64,000 nt of DNA from Candidatus Poribacteria bacterium. Lineage in GTDB: Bacteria > Poribacteria > WGA-4E > WGA-3G. A program made the translations under genes and the position numbers. The first letter of the stretch is position 1; every line of letters starts with the position of its first letter. Below, piece by piece: positions 43,368-52,021 of the stretch. The notes beneath the pieces were generated by a model, which did no database searches, was not told the origin of the DNA, and saw only the letters and a program-made list of their open reading frames with translations. The DNA lies in assembly GCA_022819945.1 (NCBI GenBank), contig JAJEGI010000172.1, positions 9,427 through 73,426 on the forward strand, written 5' to 3'.

Positions 43368-43925
43368 CTATGATTCGCCATTCTGCTGTTGTGTTCGGAT
43401 TTCTTGAAGTATCTCAACAACAGTCTCCATTTGCCCTTCAAGTTTAGCGATCCGCTGTTCAACAGGTGTCGCGTCCTCATCGTCATCTGAGGTGACCTCA
43501 ACGGTCTCGACGGTATCAGCATTATCTTCTTGTGCTTGTCCGCTCCATATATCTTTGACAAAAGAGGGCATGGATTGCCGGACAATCTCGCTGACATCTT
43601 TTAGTTCGTCGCCAATGGTTTTTTTCATGTGATCGAAGTCAAAATCATCGACACATCCCTCTTTAACGTACGCCGCGACTTGGTGGCATGCGAAACAGAT
43701 ATCGCCGAAAGTGGCATTATCTGCTTCTAAGGGTTCAAACAGACCTTCGGGGACTGCGCCGAGTTCAGATAGCAGGTTAAGTGCGTTGTTGAATTGTCGC
43801 GCGCATCGCTCTTCACCGTCCATAAAGCGGTCTGAAATTGCTGACGTTTCTACGATGCGTGCTGTAGTTTCCAATAGCCGTAGAACTCTGCGAATTTCCT
43901 TTTGGGATTCACGTTCGTTAGACAT
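43368..43925 (-). CDS. hypothetical acidic protein (185 aa)
   Basis: ORF with AAGGAGAAAACC upstream and its own strong terminator. No family recognised. Confidence 0.5.
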   Translation of the reverse strand: MSNERESQKEIRRVLRLLETTARIVETSAISDRFMDGEERCARQFNNALNLLSELGAVPEGLFEPLEADNATFGDICFACHQVAAYVKEGCVDDFDFDHMKKTIGDELKDVSEIVRQSMPSFVKDIWSGQAQEDNADTVETVEVTSDDDEDATPVEQRIAKLEGQMETVVEILQEIRTQQQNGES

Positions 43926-43953
43926 GGTTTTCTCCTTATTAGGTCGATTTGCT

Positions 43954-44053
43954 TATATAGAGTCCCTCAAGGCTGAAAAGGATAGTAAAAAAGTTTGCCT
44001 ATCGGGTTCGTCTATATAGAGTCATCTCGGACTAAAAGGATAGTGGAAAAAAA
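43954..44053. repeat. two copies of an approximately 40-bp element, 59 bp apart
   Basis: TATATAGAGTCCCTCAAGGCTGAAAAGGATAGTAAAAAA (43954-43992) versus TATATAGAGTCATCTCGGACTAAAAGGATAGTGGAAAAAAA (44013-44053). Confidence 0.7.
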
Positions 44054-44086
44054 TAATTAGGCGTGCCAACCGCTGATATCGAAGTA

Positions 44087-45301
44087 TCAGGCAGTCTCCG
44101 ATTTCAGTTCGGCAACGTTTCGACGGATTTTAATCACTGCTTTAACAATGTCCTCTATGTCCTCTTCGCTTGCCATAAGGACGTTCTGACTTAGGGAGAG
44201 TCCTGTCTGACATATTTTTTCCGTCTCAGGACAATCCACATCATCAAAATTGAGATTCTGACCGAAAAGATTAGAGGCAAGGAAGCCGGCGCGATACATC
44301 GGCGTGGAATACCAATATCCCATAGGGATCCCTTCCGCTCGCATCGCACGGAGGAAGGTTTCACGTGAGATACCTTCAAACTCTTCAGAGTCAAAGATTG
44401 CCTTATAGCCGTGACAGCCGCCGCGCGTTGCCCGCGGATCAAGTGGCGTGACTTTAATGCCCGGCACCTCGCCGAGCCAACCGTCTAACCATCGCATATT
44501 CTTATGTCGGTAGTTAGTTTCAGCCTCAAGCCGGGTGAGGCGGGAAAGGAGGAGACCACCTTGCCATTCCGTCATACGGAAGTTGCCGCCGAAGGGTTCC
44601 GCTTCTCCGAATTCGGCATCGGGTAGTGTGCGACCGCAGTTATGCAAAGCGTAAGCGCGTTCATAGAGTTCGCGATCGTTTATTAGGACAATGCCACCCT
44701 CACCCGCACAGAGGTTTTTCGATGACTGGAAACTGAAGCATCCGAAATGTCCCCAACTGCCGACACCTCGTCCACGCCACTCCGCGCCGTGTGCTTGTGC
44801 GCAGTCCTCCACAATTTTGAGGTTATGTCGATTCGCGAGATCAACAAGCGCGTCTAAATCTGCTGGGTATCCTGCGATGTGGACGGGTAAAATGACTTTC
44901 GTCTTCTCTGTTATTGCAGCTTCAACTTTTGAAGGGTCCAATAGGAAACTGTCTGGTGCCGTATCTACGAAAACAGGAATAGCATGCGTCATAAGGATCG
45001 CAACGACTGTCGCCTGGAAGGTGTAGGGTGTTGTGATAACTTCATCGCCGGGACAAACACCCGCTGCTTTTAGGGCGATATAGAGTGCCGAAGTACCACT
45101 ATTGACGCAAACGCCATAGTTCGCACCTTGGAATTCAGCGAATTGTTGTGCGAATTCTGGGACTTTTGGTCCGCCAACGCCCCATTGTCCGCTTTTGTAA
45201 ATAGATTCAAATGCTTCGATATCGGTGGGATCTTGCGTGGGCCATGTAGGGAAACCAGCAGTTCGGACAGGCTCACCGCCGTTTATTGCCAATGTTGTCA
45301 T
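44087..45301 (-). CDS. DegT/DnrJ/EryC1/StrS family PLP-dependent sugar aminotransferase
   Basis: LAINGGEPV start and the PLP-lysine block CFSFQSSKNLCAGEGG. ATG at 45301 lies 7 nt after AAGGGGGA. Confidence 0.9.
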   Translation of the reverse strand: MTTLAINGGEPVRTAGFPTWPTQDPTDIEAFESIYKSGQWGVGGPKVPEFAQQFAEFQGANYGVCVNSGTSALYIALKAAGVCPGDEVITTPYTFQATVVAILMTHAIPVFVDTAPDSFLLDPSKVEAAITEKTKVILPVHIAGYPADLDALVDLANRHNLKIVEDCAQAHGAEWRGRGVGSWGHFGCFSFQSSKNLCAGEGGIVLINDRELYERAYALHNCGRTLPDAEFGEAEPFGGNFRMTEWQGGLLLSRLTRLEAETNYRHKNMRWLDGWLGEVPGIKVTPLDPRATRGGCHGYKAIFDSEEFEGISRETFLRAMRAEGIPMGYWYSTPMYRAGFLASNLFGQNLNFDDVDCPETEKICQTGLSLSQNVLMASEEDIEDIVKAVIKIRRNVAELKSETA

Positions 45302-45322
45302 CTTTTCATCCCCCTTCAATTG

Positions 45323-45877
45323 CTAAGGTAATTTTGCTACATAATCCTGCAAATCAGGAAGCTGCGCGCTGTTAAATACCGCTTGCAAGCGAGACTCCAA
45401 GCCCCTCTCCTCAACTTCAGCGATTAACATATTCATGACATCTCGCGCTTTTCTTTCTAATTCAGCGTCAATTGCGCCATTTTGAACGGCTTCCTCAAAT
45501 TCGTCCTCGTCCTGAATCTCATAAGTGCCATCTGGGTTTACCCAGAGATCCAAGAACAGATCGGTTATTTCAAAACACTCAAGTTTGCCTGCTATATTTA
45601 CGCGCCGTTTGACCGGCTTCAGAATATCGCAGTAATAGCCGGTCCACTCGTTATCCAGATTATAAACTTTGCCGACATCATACCAAAGTCCTGTAAATAC
45701 AAACCAGATTGCAGCGAAGTTATCCGCTAAAACTGTCTCACCGTTTTGAATTATAGGCGAGGACGGTTTAACCCGCTGAGACGTAACGATCACATCATCG
45801 TCCAGATAAAGCAACTCTTGTTGGAAGTGATTCACCCGGTCAGGTGGTCTTTTATAGGTAAGTGTTACAGTTTCCAA
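45323..45877 (-). CDS. DUF402 (FomD/Ntdp-like nucleotide phosphatase fold) protein
   Basis: WYDVGKVYN...GYYCDILKP...DLFLDLWVNPDG pattern. TTG start. Confidence 0.6.
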   Translation of the reverse strand: METVTLTYKRPPDRVNHFQQELLYLDDDVIVTSQRVKPSSPIIQNGETVLADNFAAIWFVFTGLWYDVGKVYNLDNEWTGYYCDILKPVKRRVNIAGKLECFEITDLFLDLWVNPDGTYEIQDEDEFEEAVQNGAIDAELERKARDVMNMLIAEVEERGLESRLQAVFNSAQLPDLQDYVAKLP

Positions 45878-45958
45878 TTTTTTATATTTCCTTGCGGTTC
45901 GTTCGGGTGGATTGGTGCTTGAAAGTTCCGCTCCGTATACCCGCTTTCCATTTCATTC
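45878..45958 (-). repeat. dispersed leader element, copy B (immediately 5' of the DUF402 gene)
   Basis: Minus strand: AATGAAATGGAAAGCGGGTATACGGAGCGGAAC...CCCGAACGAACCGCAAGGAAATATAAAAAA, followed by the TTG start. Confidence 0.8.
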
Positions 45959-45962
45959 CAAG

Positions 45963-47024
45963 CTACGTGTTTTTTAATTTATTACGGAAGGCTTTAATAT
46001 GTTTTGGTGTTGTACCACAACAGCCGCCTATTAAATAGGCACCGGTTTCAATGAGTTCAGGAACGTGACTTGCCATCTCTGATGGTGTCTGCGTATAGAC
46101 GGTCTGATGATTTTCATCAAGTTTTGGCATGCCAGCATTTGGATATGCCATCATCCGTTTCCCGTCGATTCCGGTTTCAGCGAGTGCTGTACTGAGCTGC
46201 TGGATACCCGTAATCGCATAAGGCATGCCTGTATGTTCATCACGTCTGGATTCAGCACCGCAGTTCACACCGATGATACTAACAGCATCTAACAGCGAGC
46301 CATCTCTTGAAAATTCACCTGACATGAGAATTTCAAGAAGATCGGCAGGCGAATTACCCCAATCCGTCCGATAGATGATATTGCCAGTCCGTCGTTCCTT
46401 TGTCCATTTATATGTCAAATTCACTGCGATCGGAAGCCCTGTCTCACGAGCGACATCCACAGCGATCGCTGCTTCTTTTGCAGAAAACATCGTCTCAAGG
46501 CAAAGAAAATCCACGCCTTCTTCTGCCAAGGTGTGGATGACTAATTTATGTGCTTCTCTCGCCTCATCATTTGGGATGCCGAAAGTGGTATCCCCACTAT
46601 CGGCTTCTATTGCACCGGGAGAGGGTCCCACGGAGCCTGCTATGTATACTTCTTTTTCACTTTGTGCGACGGCTGCTTTTGCGTGTTGGACAGCGAGTCG
46701 CGTGAGCCGTTGTGCACCCGATACGTCTTGTCCAGCCATTTCCAAGTGAAGTGGAGATGCGACAAACGTATTTGTTCCAATCACCTCAGCCCCTACGTTG
46801 ATATAGTCCGAATGAATGTCAATAACAGTTGCGGGATGCAATTCATTGGCGAGTGCGCTGTTCGCGAGTTCTATACCGCGTGCGAATAATTGCGAACCGA
46901 ACCCACCGTCGTATAAAATAGGTTCATCAGATTTTAATCGTTCTCGAAAGGTTTTAATTTTACCTTGCGGTTCGGTGAGGCGTGCTAATAGTTTTCCGTT
47001 CCTCTCCGTATATCCGCCCTCCAT
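45963..47024 (-). CDS. homocysteine S-methyltransferase domain protein (MetH Hcy-binding module-like)
   Basis: ILYDGGFGSQL plus the zinc-ligand motifs GVNCG and IGGCCGTTPKHI. The start is uncertain: ATG 47024 or TTG 47093 both read through a dispersed repeat. Confidence 0.8.
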   Translation of the reverse strand: MEGGYTERNGKLLARLTEPQGKIKTFRERLKSDEPILYDGGFGSQLFARGIELANSALANELHPATVIDIHSDYINVGAEVIGTNTFVASPLHLEMAGQDVSGAQRLTRLAVQHAKAAVAQSEKEVYIAGSVGPSPGAIEADSGDTTFGIPNDEAREAHKLVIHTLAEEGVDFLCLETMFSAKEAAIAVDVARETGLPIAVNLTYKWTKERRTGNIIYRTDWGNSPADLLEILMSGEFSRDGSLLDAVSIIGVNCGAESRRDEHTGMPYAITGIQQLSTALAETGIDGKRMMAYPNAGMPKLDENHQTVYTQTPSEMASHVPELIETGAYLIGGCCGTTPKHIKAFRNKLKNT

Positions 47025-47030
47025 CACATT
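46951..47030 (-). repeat. dispersed leader element, copy A (5' end of the Hcy-methyltransferase ORF)
   Basis: Minus strand: AATGTGATGGAGGGCGGATATACGGAGAGGAAC...AACTATTAGCACGCCTCACCGAACCGCAAGGTAAAATTAAAAC. Confidence 0.8.
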
Positions 47031-47118
47031 ACAGGCTATGCACTTAGGATTACCCTGAAAACCTATAATCCTGTAAATCTCTAAATCTTGCAAATCATAG
47101 TTCAGACTTTTGCCTTCT

Positions 47119-49008
47119 TTACAACGTTACTGGCATTGGTTTGAATTGACAACCTTCTACGAATATATCAAAGAAATCGGGTGTGGTCTCTAATTCAATA
47201 TGCTCGATGTTGTTGACGAAGGCTTCAACATCTGCGCGTTTTTTGTCGGAAAGGAGTACAGCGGTCGCGCCTGCTACTGCAGCGTTGCCGATTTTGACTA
47301 CATTTTCTTCTGGAACAGGTGCGAGAAATCCGATTTCAATTGCATCTCGTAGGTTAACGTAATTGGCAAAACCGCCTGCTAAAAAGAGTTTTGTGATATT
47401 TTCAGGCGCGCAGCCGAAGTGCCTTAGGACGATATACTGTCCACAATAATTTGCTGCCTTGGCTTGTGCCAGATTGCTTGCATCCTCGCGTGAGAAGGTA
47501 ATCCCGTATTCAGGCAAAAGCGGTATAATACGTTGCTTCCTGTCTGCGAAAACGCCTTTTGGACTCATCTGATCGTTCCGTCGTAACTCGGCAAGGAGCG
47601 AAATCAGTCCAGAACCGCATAGACCTTGTGGCGTTTCTCCATCAATCGTCGTATAATCGAAATGGCTGTCATACCATTTCACAGACTCAATGGCACCGGG
47701 ATAGGCGGGCATTCCGTATTCGATACCACCGCCTTCAAATGCTGGACCGGCAGGACACGATGCGGCTACCATCCGCTTCGCATTTCCGACGATTACCTCT
47801 GTATTCGTTCCAACATCAACTAACATGATGACCTCATCCTGTGAGACGATGTCAATTGCGACTAAATCCGCTGCGACATCTGCACCGACATGGCTGGCAA
47901 TCAACGGCAGGCTGTACACCATCGCTTTCGGATTCGCACGGATCCCTAAGCGGCGTGTTTTTTCTGTAAGCGAAGTGGTTGAACGGATGCCGTCCCGATA
48001 TTCATGCTCAATCAGGGATTTATACGGTTTCTGTCCGATGCTCTGGACGTCCTGTTTGAAGAAAATATCGCGCATTGTCGTGTTACCGACAACGACAACC
48101 TCATAAATTTCCTGTCGGACGAAATTGTGTCGGGTACACATCTCCATGATTTCGCTGTTTAGTGCAGCAATAAGCGAACGGCGCAGCTCACCGTGAAATT
48201 CGCCGTCGTAGGTGATGCGGTTCATGACATCGCTGCCGCCAAAACGTTGTGGGTTTTCAAATGAACTAACAGAGACTGTTTCTCCGTTCTCTAAATCCAC
48301 CAGATTTGCTACGACTGTGGTTGTCCCAATATCAATTGCTAACCCATAAAGATGCCCTCGGTAACGATCAATAGGTTCGTCGTTGTAATAGACGACCCCA
48401 TCGTTATGGGTAACCTTTGGGCTTAATTCCAGTGCTTTGTTGTCATCTGTCCGGGTATGCGTTAGGATCCTCGGCGTGCGGCGGAGCGGTGTGAATTCAA
48501 TGTCTGCATCGACATCCAGCACAACCGCTTGGCAAGCGAGACGATAGTTATCTCGGAGAAAGGCTTCTGCTTCATTAGGGGGTTGGAGGCTGTCCATTCC
48601 GCGTTTAATCTCAACGATACATTCGTGGCACTGTCCGGTTCGGAAGCAGGAAGTGGGTACTTGGACAGTTAAATCATCGGCGTAGTCAAAAATGGTTTTT
48701 CCAGGTGTGAGTTGATAGGTTTCTCCGTCACATGTGATTGTGCCTCGTGATTCTGCCGTTTGATCGGGTGCGTCCGTCTCCCATGCGCTTCGGTAATCTA
48801 ATTTATCGTCTCCGACGCATAGGAGTCCTGTCCCTTCATCGATTTTCCGTTGGTTTCGGCACCCGAATTTCGCGGTGCAGTGATCAAATCGGTTTTTGTA
48901 GGGACATCGATAGGTGGATTGTTCATCCGCATGGACGACCAAGCCTTCAAAGATCTGTGTAATTTTGTTGAGGCGTTTCTCGTACTCTGCTTTATCTATT
49001 TTTTTCAT
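47119..49008 (-). CDS. RACo-like corrinoid reductive activase (2Fe-2S ferredoxin domain plus ASKHA/DUF4445 ATPase)
   Basis: SCFRTGQCHECIVEI...RLACQ cluster motif. ASKHA phosphate loops GLAIDIGTTTVV and MLVDVGTNTEV. There is an extra Cys-rich N-terminal segment of about 85 aa. Confidence 0.8.
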   Translation of the reverse strand: MKKIDKAEYEKRLNKITQIFEGLVVHADEQSTYRCPYKNRFDHCTAKFGCRNQRKIDEGTGLLCVGDDKLDYRSAWETDAPDQTAESRGTITCDGETYQLTPGKTIFDYADDLTVQVPTSCFRTGQCHECIVEIKRGMDSLQPPNEAEAFLRDNYRLACQAVVLDVDADIEFTPLRRTPRILTHTRTDDNKALELSPKVTHNDGVVYYNDEPIDRYRGHLYGLAIDIGTTTVVANLVDLENGETVSVSSFENPQRFGGSDVMNRITYDGEFHGELRRSLIAALNSEIMEMCTRHNFVRQEIYEVVVVGNTTMRDIFFKQDVQSIGQKPYKSLIEHEYRDGIRSTTSLTEKTRRLGIRANPKAMVYSLPLIASHVGADVAADLVAIDIVSQDEVIMLVDVGTNTEVIVGNAKRMVAASCPAGPAFEGGGIEYGMPAYPGAIESVKWYDSHFDYTTIDGETPQGLCGSGLISLLAELRRNDQMSPKGVFADRKQRIIPLLPEYGITFSREDASNLAQAKAANYCGQYIVLRHFGCAPENITKLFLAGGFANYVNLRDAIEIGFLAPVPEENVVKIGNAAVAGATAVLLSDKKRADVEAFVNNIEHIELETTPDFFDIFVEGCQFKPMPVTL

Positions 49009-49015
49009 ATTTTTT

Positions 49016-49167
49016 AGCCATCGGCTTTTGGCTATCAGCCATCGGTTTTAATGACTGTTGAAAATCATCAGTAAAGAATTAACCAAAAAGTATCTTCCAC
49101 CGATTACCAAGAGTGAGTGGAACGAACACCCCGCTGCTGATAACCTCTTCTGACTACTGATAGCCAT
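49016..49167. repeat. STRR-like/ATCAG-rich intercistronic spacer between the corrinoid and RACo genes
   Basis: AGCCATCGG ... GGCTATCAGCCATCGG at 49018-49052, and GCTGATAACCTCTTCTGACTACTGATAGCC at 49135-49166. Confidence 0.5.
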
Positions 49168-49170
49168 TTC

Positions 49171-49929
49171 TTACCACTCTTCGTCTGGTGCTTCGAGGAA
49201 GTGCTTGGCGAGTGCGACACAGGCGAGCGCGTCTTTCCCGTATCCATCAGCACCCATGTCGTCTGCGAATGTTTGTGTGACTGGCGCGCCGCCGACCATA
49301 ATCTTTACTTCTTCCCGCAAATCCTCGTCAATAAAGGCATCAATCGTTTTTCCCATGTTTGGCATTGTTGTCGTCAGGAGTGCTGACATCCCCAAAATCG
49401 GTGCCTCAAATTCCTCAACGGCCTCAATGAATTCATCTTCGGAGGTATCGACACCGAGATCGTGGACCACGAAACCTGCGCCGCGCAGCATCATAATGCA
49501 GAGGTTTTTGCCGATGTCGTGGAGGTCGCCTTTGACGGTTCCCATAATTACCGTACCGATGGGTTCGATGCCTGAATCCGAGAGAATCGGTTCGATATGC
49601 GTCATCCCCGCTTTCATTGCGCGGGCGCATGCGAGGACTTCTGGCACGAAAATGAAGTTTTCGCGAAATTTGATGCCGACGATGCCCATCCCTGCGATGA
49701 GACCGTCATCCATAATTTCCAACGCTTCTGTGCCTTCTTCGAGTGCTGCTTCTGTTAACTCATCGACAGTGTGATGGTCGCCGTCGATAAGTGCAGCGGC
49801 GATGTCTTGCATAGCGGGTGTCGCTTGTGCGAATATCTCGATCGTCCGCTCTATTTCATCAGGTTCTTCTAAGAACTCTTCGATTTCTTCTCGGATAAAT
49901 TCATTTGCGATGTTATTAATAGATGCCAC
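49171..49929 (-). CDS. corrinoid (B12-binding) methyl-carrier protein
   Basis: B12-binding_2 helical cap, then GTVKGDLHDIGKN (DxHxxG), MSALLTTTM and VGGAP. A GTG start at 49929 downstream of GAGGAGG gives 252 aa. The ORF-track start at 50073 runs into the R-M junction. Confidence 0.8.
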   Translation of the reverse strand: MASINNIANEFIREEIEEFLEEPDEIERTIEIFAQATPAMQDIAAALIDGDHHTVDELTEAALEEGTEALEIMDDGLIAGMGIVGIKFRENFIFVPEVLACARAMKAGMTHIEPILSDSGIEPIGTVIMGTVKGDLHDIGKNLCIMMLRGAGFVVHDLGVDTSEDEFIEAVEEFEAPILGMSALLTTTMPNMGKTIDAFIDEDLREEVKIMVGGAPVTQTFADDMGADGYGKDALACVALAKHFLEAPDEEW

Positions 49930-50072
49930 GGATTTTGAATTCCTCCTCAAAAATAGAATAATACCACACATAGGGAAAAATGGCAAATGAATTTCATAGT
50001 GAAGTTCTGGTAATCCTTTGGGGAAAATTAGTAGGAAGCAAAGCATGACGGGCATTCTCAACCGAAGTTTCA

Positions 50073-50101
50073 ATTATAGAAAACCGTTATATGTTTGTCA
50101 C
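50073..50101 (-). promoter_or_regulatory. junction promoter facing the corrinoid protein gene
   Basis: On the minus strand: GTGACA (inside the last codons of the restriction gene), 17-nt spacer, TATAAT (part of the left 9-bp direct repeat). Confidence 0.45.
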
Positions 50102-50869
50102 ATTTTCATACAACTGAGGCAAGGCATTCTTCCTCATTCTGAATTTCGTTCCGTGATTATGCCTTGTTCTCGCATCAAAATCTACAAGTATTAAACCTTT
50201 CGCGATCGCATCAATGAATTTCTCAGGACTAAACTTTTGCAAGACAAAAACATCTTGATAATGAAAATGCTCAATTTTATCAATCCGTTTGACAGCGGCT
50301 GTTATATAGAAACAGTTCAACAATTTTGTGCCTGCTTTATACGCCAAATCGTCAAAGCCCCAATAGGGCTTAGGGTCAAGTTCCTCAAGATTAATTCTAT
50401 GGTCTACAGAATCCAACCAATTCGCATGTTCCGAAGATACAGTCGCAGCATCAAATGAGATTTCTACTTTTCTTTCCACTTGGTTAAATTCAATGCCAAA
50501 CCCCCTATCTGTTCTTTTCAAAGCGTTTATAGTTTGGCGAAAACTCTTTTCATCAGTGGGGTATTTTCCACCGGCTTCTTTGTGGTCCCAACCATACAGA
50601 GGTAAGAGAATCTGAGAGACTATTTTCACTGCGCGGGGCGATGGTTCTATATGGAAAAGGGTCGTCAGCGCAGTGGTGTTAATTCGCTGTGCTTTTAGTT
50701 CCCACTCAGCCGCGTTTGGGATAGGTAAATTATTTTCCTCAATCCCCAATAATTCTTCTAATGTATGACCTATCCCGCCAGAGCTTGCCGACCTTATACT
50801 TTTTATCCACCCTTGATCTCTGATTTTTTTCAGATCCTCAATCAGTCCATCTTTCGTATAAAGCAACAT
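50087..50869 (-). CDS. MvaI/BcnI-family type II restriction endonuclease
   Basis: The N-terminal region (DLKKIRDQGWIKS...GGIGHTLEELLGIEENN...AEWELK) parallels my recollection of BcnI, including the E-x-K catalytic block. Adjacent to a DNA methyltransferase. AT-rich. Confidence 0.75.
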   Translation of the reverse strand: MLLYTKDGLIEDLKKIRDQGWIKSIRSASSGGIGHTLEELLGIEENNLPIPNAAEWELKAQRINTTALTTLFHIEPSPRAVKIVSQILLPLYGWDHKEAGGKYPTDEKSFRQTINALKRTDRGFGIEFNQVERKVEISFDAATVSSEHANWLDSVDHRINLEELDPKPYWGFDDLAYKAGTKLLNCFYITAAVKRIDKIEHFHYQDVFVLQKFSPEKFIDAIAKGLILVDFDARTRHNHGTKFRMRKNALPQLYENVTNI

Positions 50870-50944
50870 AAACCCTCCATTAAATTTAGAATCTCTCTAA
50901 AAAACATACCGTTGAATCGAATTAGCTTCTTTTCCCGATGATTT

Positions 50945-51895
50945 CTATGATGCTGGTGGGCGCCAGAAATCAAGTAAGTATTCAAAAGTCACACCCATCG
51001 TGATGTAATTACTGGGCCAACCAAAGATACCGATTCTGTTTACAATGTTTGTCCTATCCCAAATGATAGTGTTTCTTAGTTCATACCCTCTTTTTCGGAG
51101 TTCCTCTATAAGAGAAATATGAATTGTAATTCTTTGATTTTCCCACCACATATCAGGAACATTGATAACACAATGAGCTTTGGGTTTTAATAGAGGAAGA
51201 AGTTTTTCATAAATATCACCCATTGCCTCAGTATAACGATCTAATTCCAATATTCCTAAATCTCTCGCATCTTGGGAATACTGCTCAACTTTGCCAAGTT
51301 GTTCATTCTTCCGGTTGCGTCTGGATTTGTTTTTCCGTTTCCGATTCAACAAGTTTGAATAAGGCGGCGAGGTAAAAATAAGAGAAAGGGATTCTTCTGA
51401 CAAATACTGACTTATATTTCGAGCATCATCGTGAATAGCGAATTGGTCTGTGGTATTAAATAAATTTTGTGGTCCTAATCTCTCTCCACACACTCGAATA
51501 TATTCCTCTTTTAAATCAAAGCCAACGGCATTTCGATTTGTATCATTAGCTGCGACAAGCGTGGTCCCGCTTCCAACGAATGGATCAAGTACCAACTCAC
51601 CTTCGTGTGTAAAAAGTTCTATCACTTTTCGAGCTAAAGAGATAGGAAACGTAGCAGGATGAACTTTTTTGTCTCGAATATCCCTACCTTCATAACTGAA
51701 TTGCCACACCCCGATTTGACATTTCAACCATTCCTTTGCAGTTATGCAGCTCAAATGATTCGGTTTACACGAACACAAACGCTTTAGGTTCAAAGGTAAT
51801 TTTTTCCCGTAGAATTCTGAACTTTCCTCAATTACTCGAGGAATTTTATTCTCGTCGGTTGTTTGTCCATCACAGGACGCTATATCTGGCTTCAT
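50945..51895 (-). CDS. DNA methyltransferase, N4-cytosine/N6-adenine family (SPPY type, probably m4C)
   Basis: HPATFP...LDPFVGSGTTLVAA (AdoMet motif I region) and FTSPPY (motif IV). GGAGAACC precedes the ATG. Confidence 0.85.
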   Translation of the reverse strand: MKPDIASCDGQTTDENKIPRVIEESSEFYGKKLPLNLKRLCSCKPNHLSCITAKEWLKCQIGVWQFSYEGRDIRDKKVHPATFPISLARKVIELFTHEGELVLDPFVGSGTTLVAANDTNRNAVGFDLKEEYIRVCGERLGPQNLFNTTDQFAIHDDARNISQYLSEESLSLIFTSPPYSNLLNRKRKNKSRRNRKNEQLGKVEQYSQDARDLGILELDRYTEAMGDIYEKLLPLLKPKAHCVINVPDMWWENQRITIHISLIEELRKRGYELRNTIIWDRTNIVNRIGIFGWPSNYITMGVTFEYLLDFWRPPAS

Positions 51896-52021
51896 AGGTT
51901 CTCCTGTTCCATGAGTTCCTCGTAACAGCTTTTGATGGGTTTGTGTGCCGGTTTGACATCAAGTGGAAGCATGGTGTGTTTTGTCCACGTATTTTCGGCG
52001 ATTGAACTTAGAACACCGTCA

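Noticed and set aside
49930-50073. A 48-aa hydrophobic N-terminal extension of the corrinoid protein ORF.
   Set aside because: Corrinoid carrier proteins are soluble. The extension starts at a TTG inside the R-M junction repeat. A GAGGAGG plus GTG at 49929 fits the usual length.
51892-51972. A 26-codon ORF (MLPLDVKPAHKPIKSCYEELMEQENL) whose TGA overlaps the methyltransferase ATG. I considered it as a possible C-protein or leader peptide.
   Set aside because: It has no SD, is too short for a controller HTH protein, and has nothing to compare against. I noted it but do not support it.
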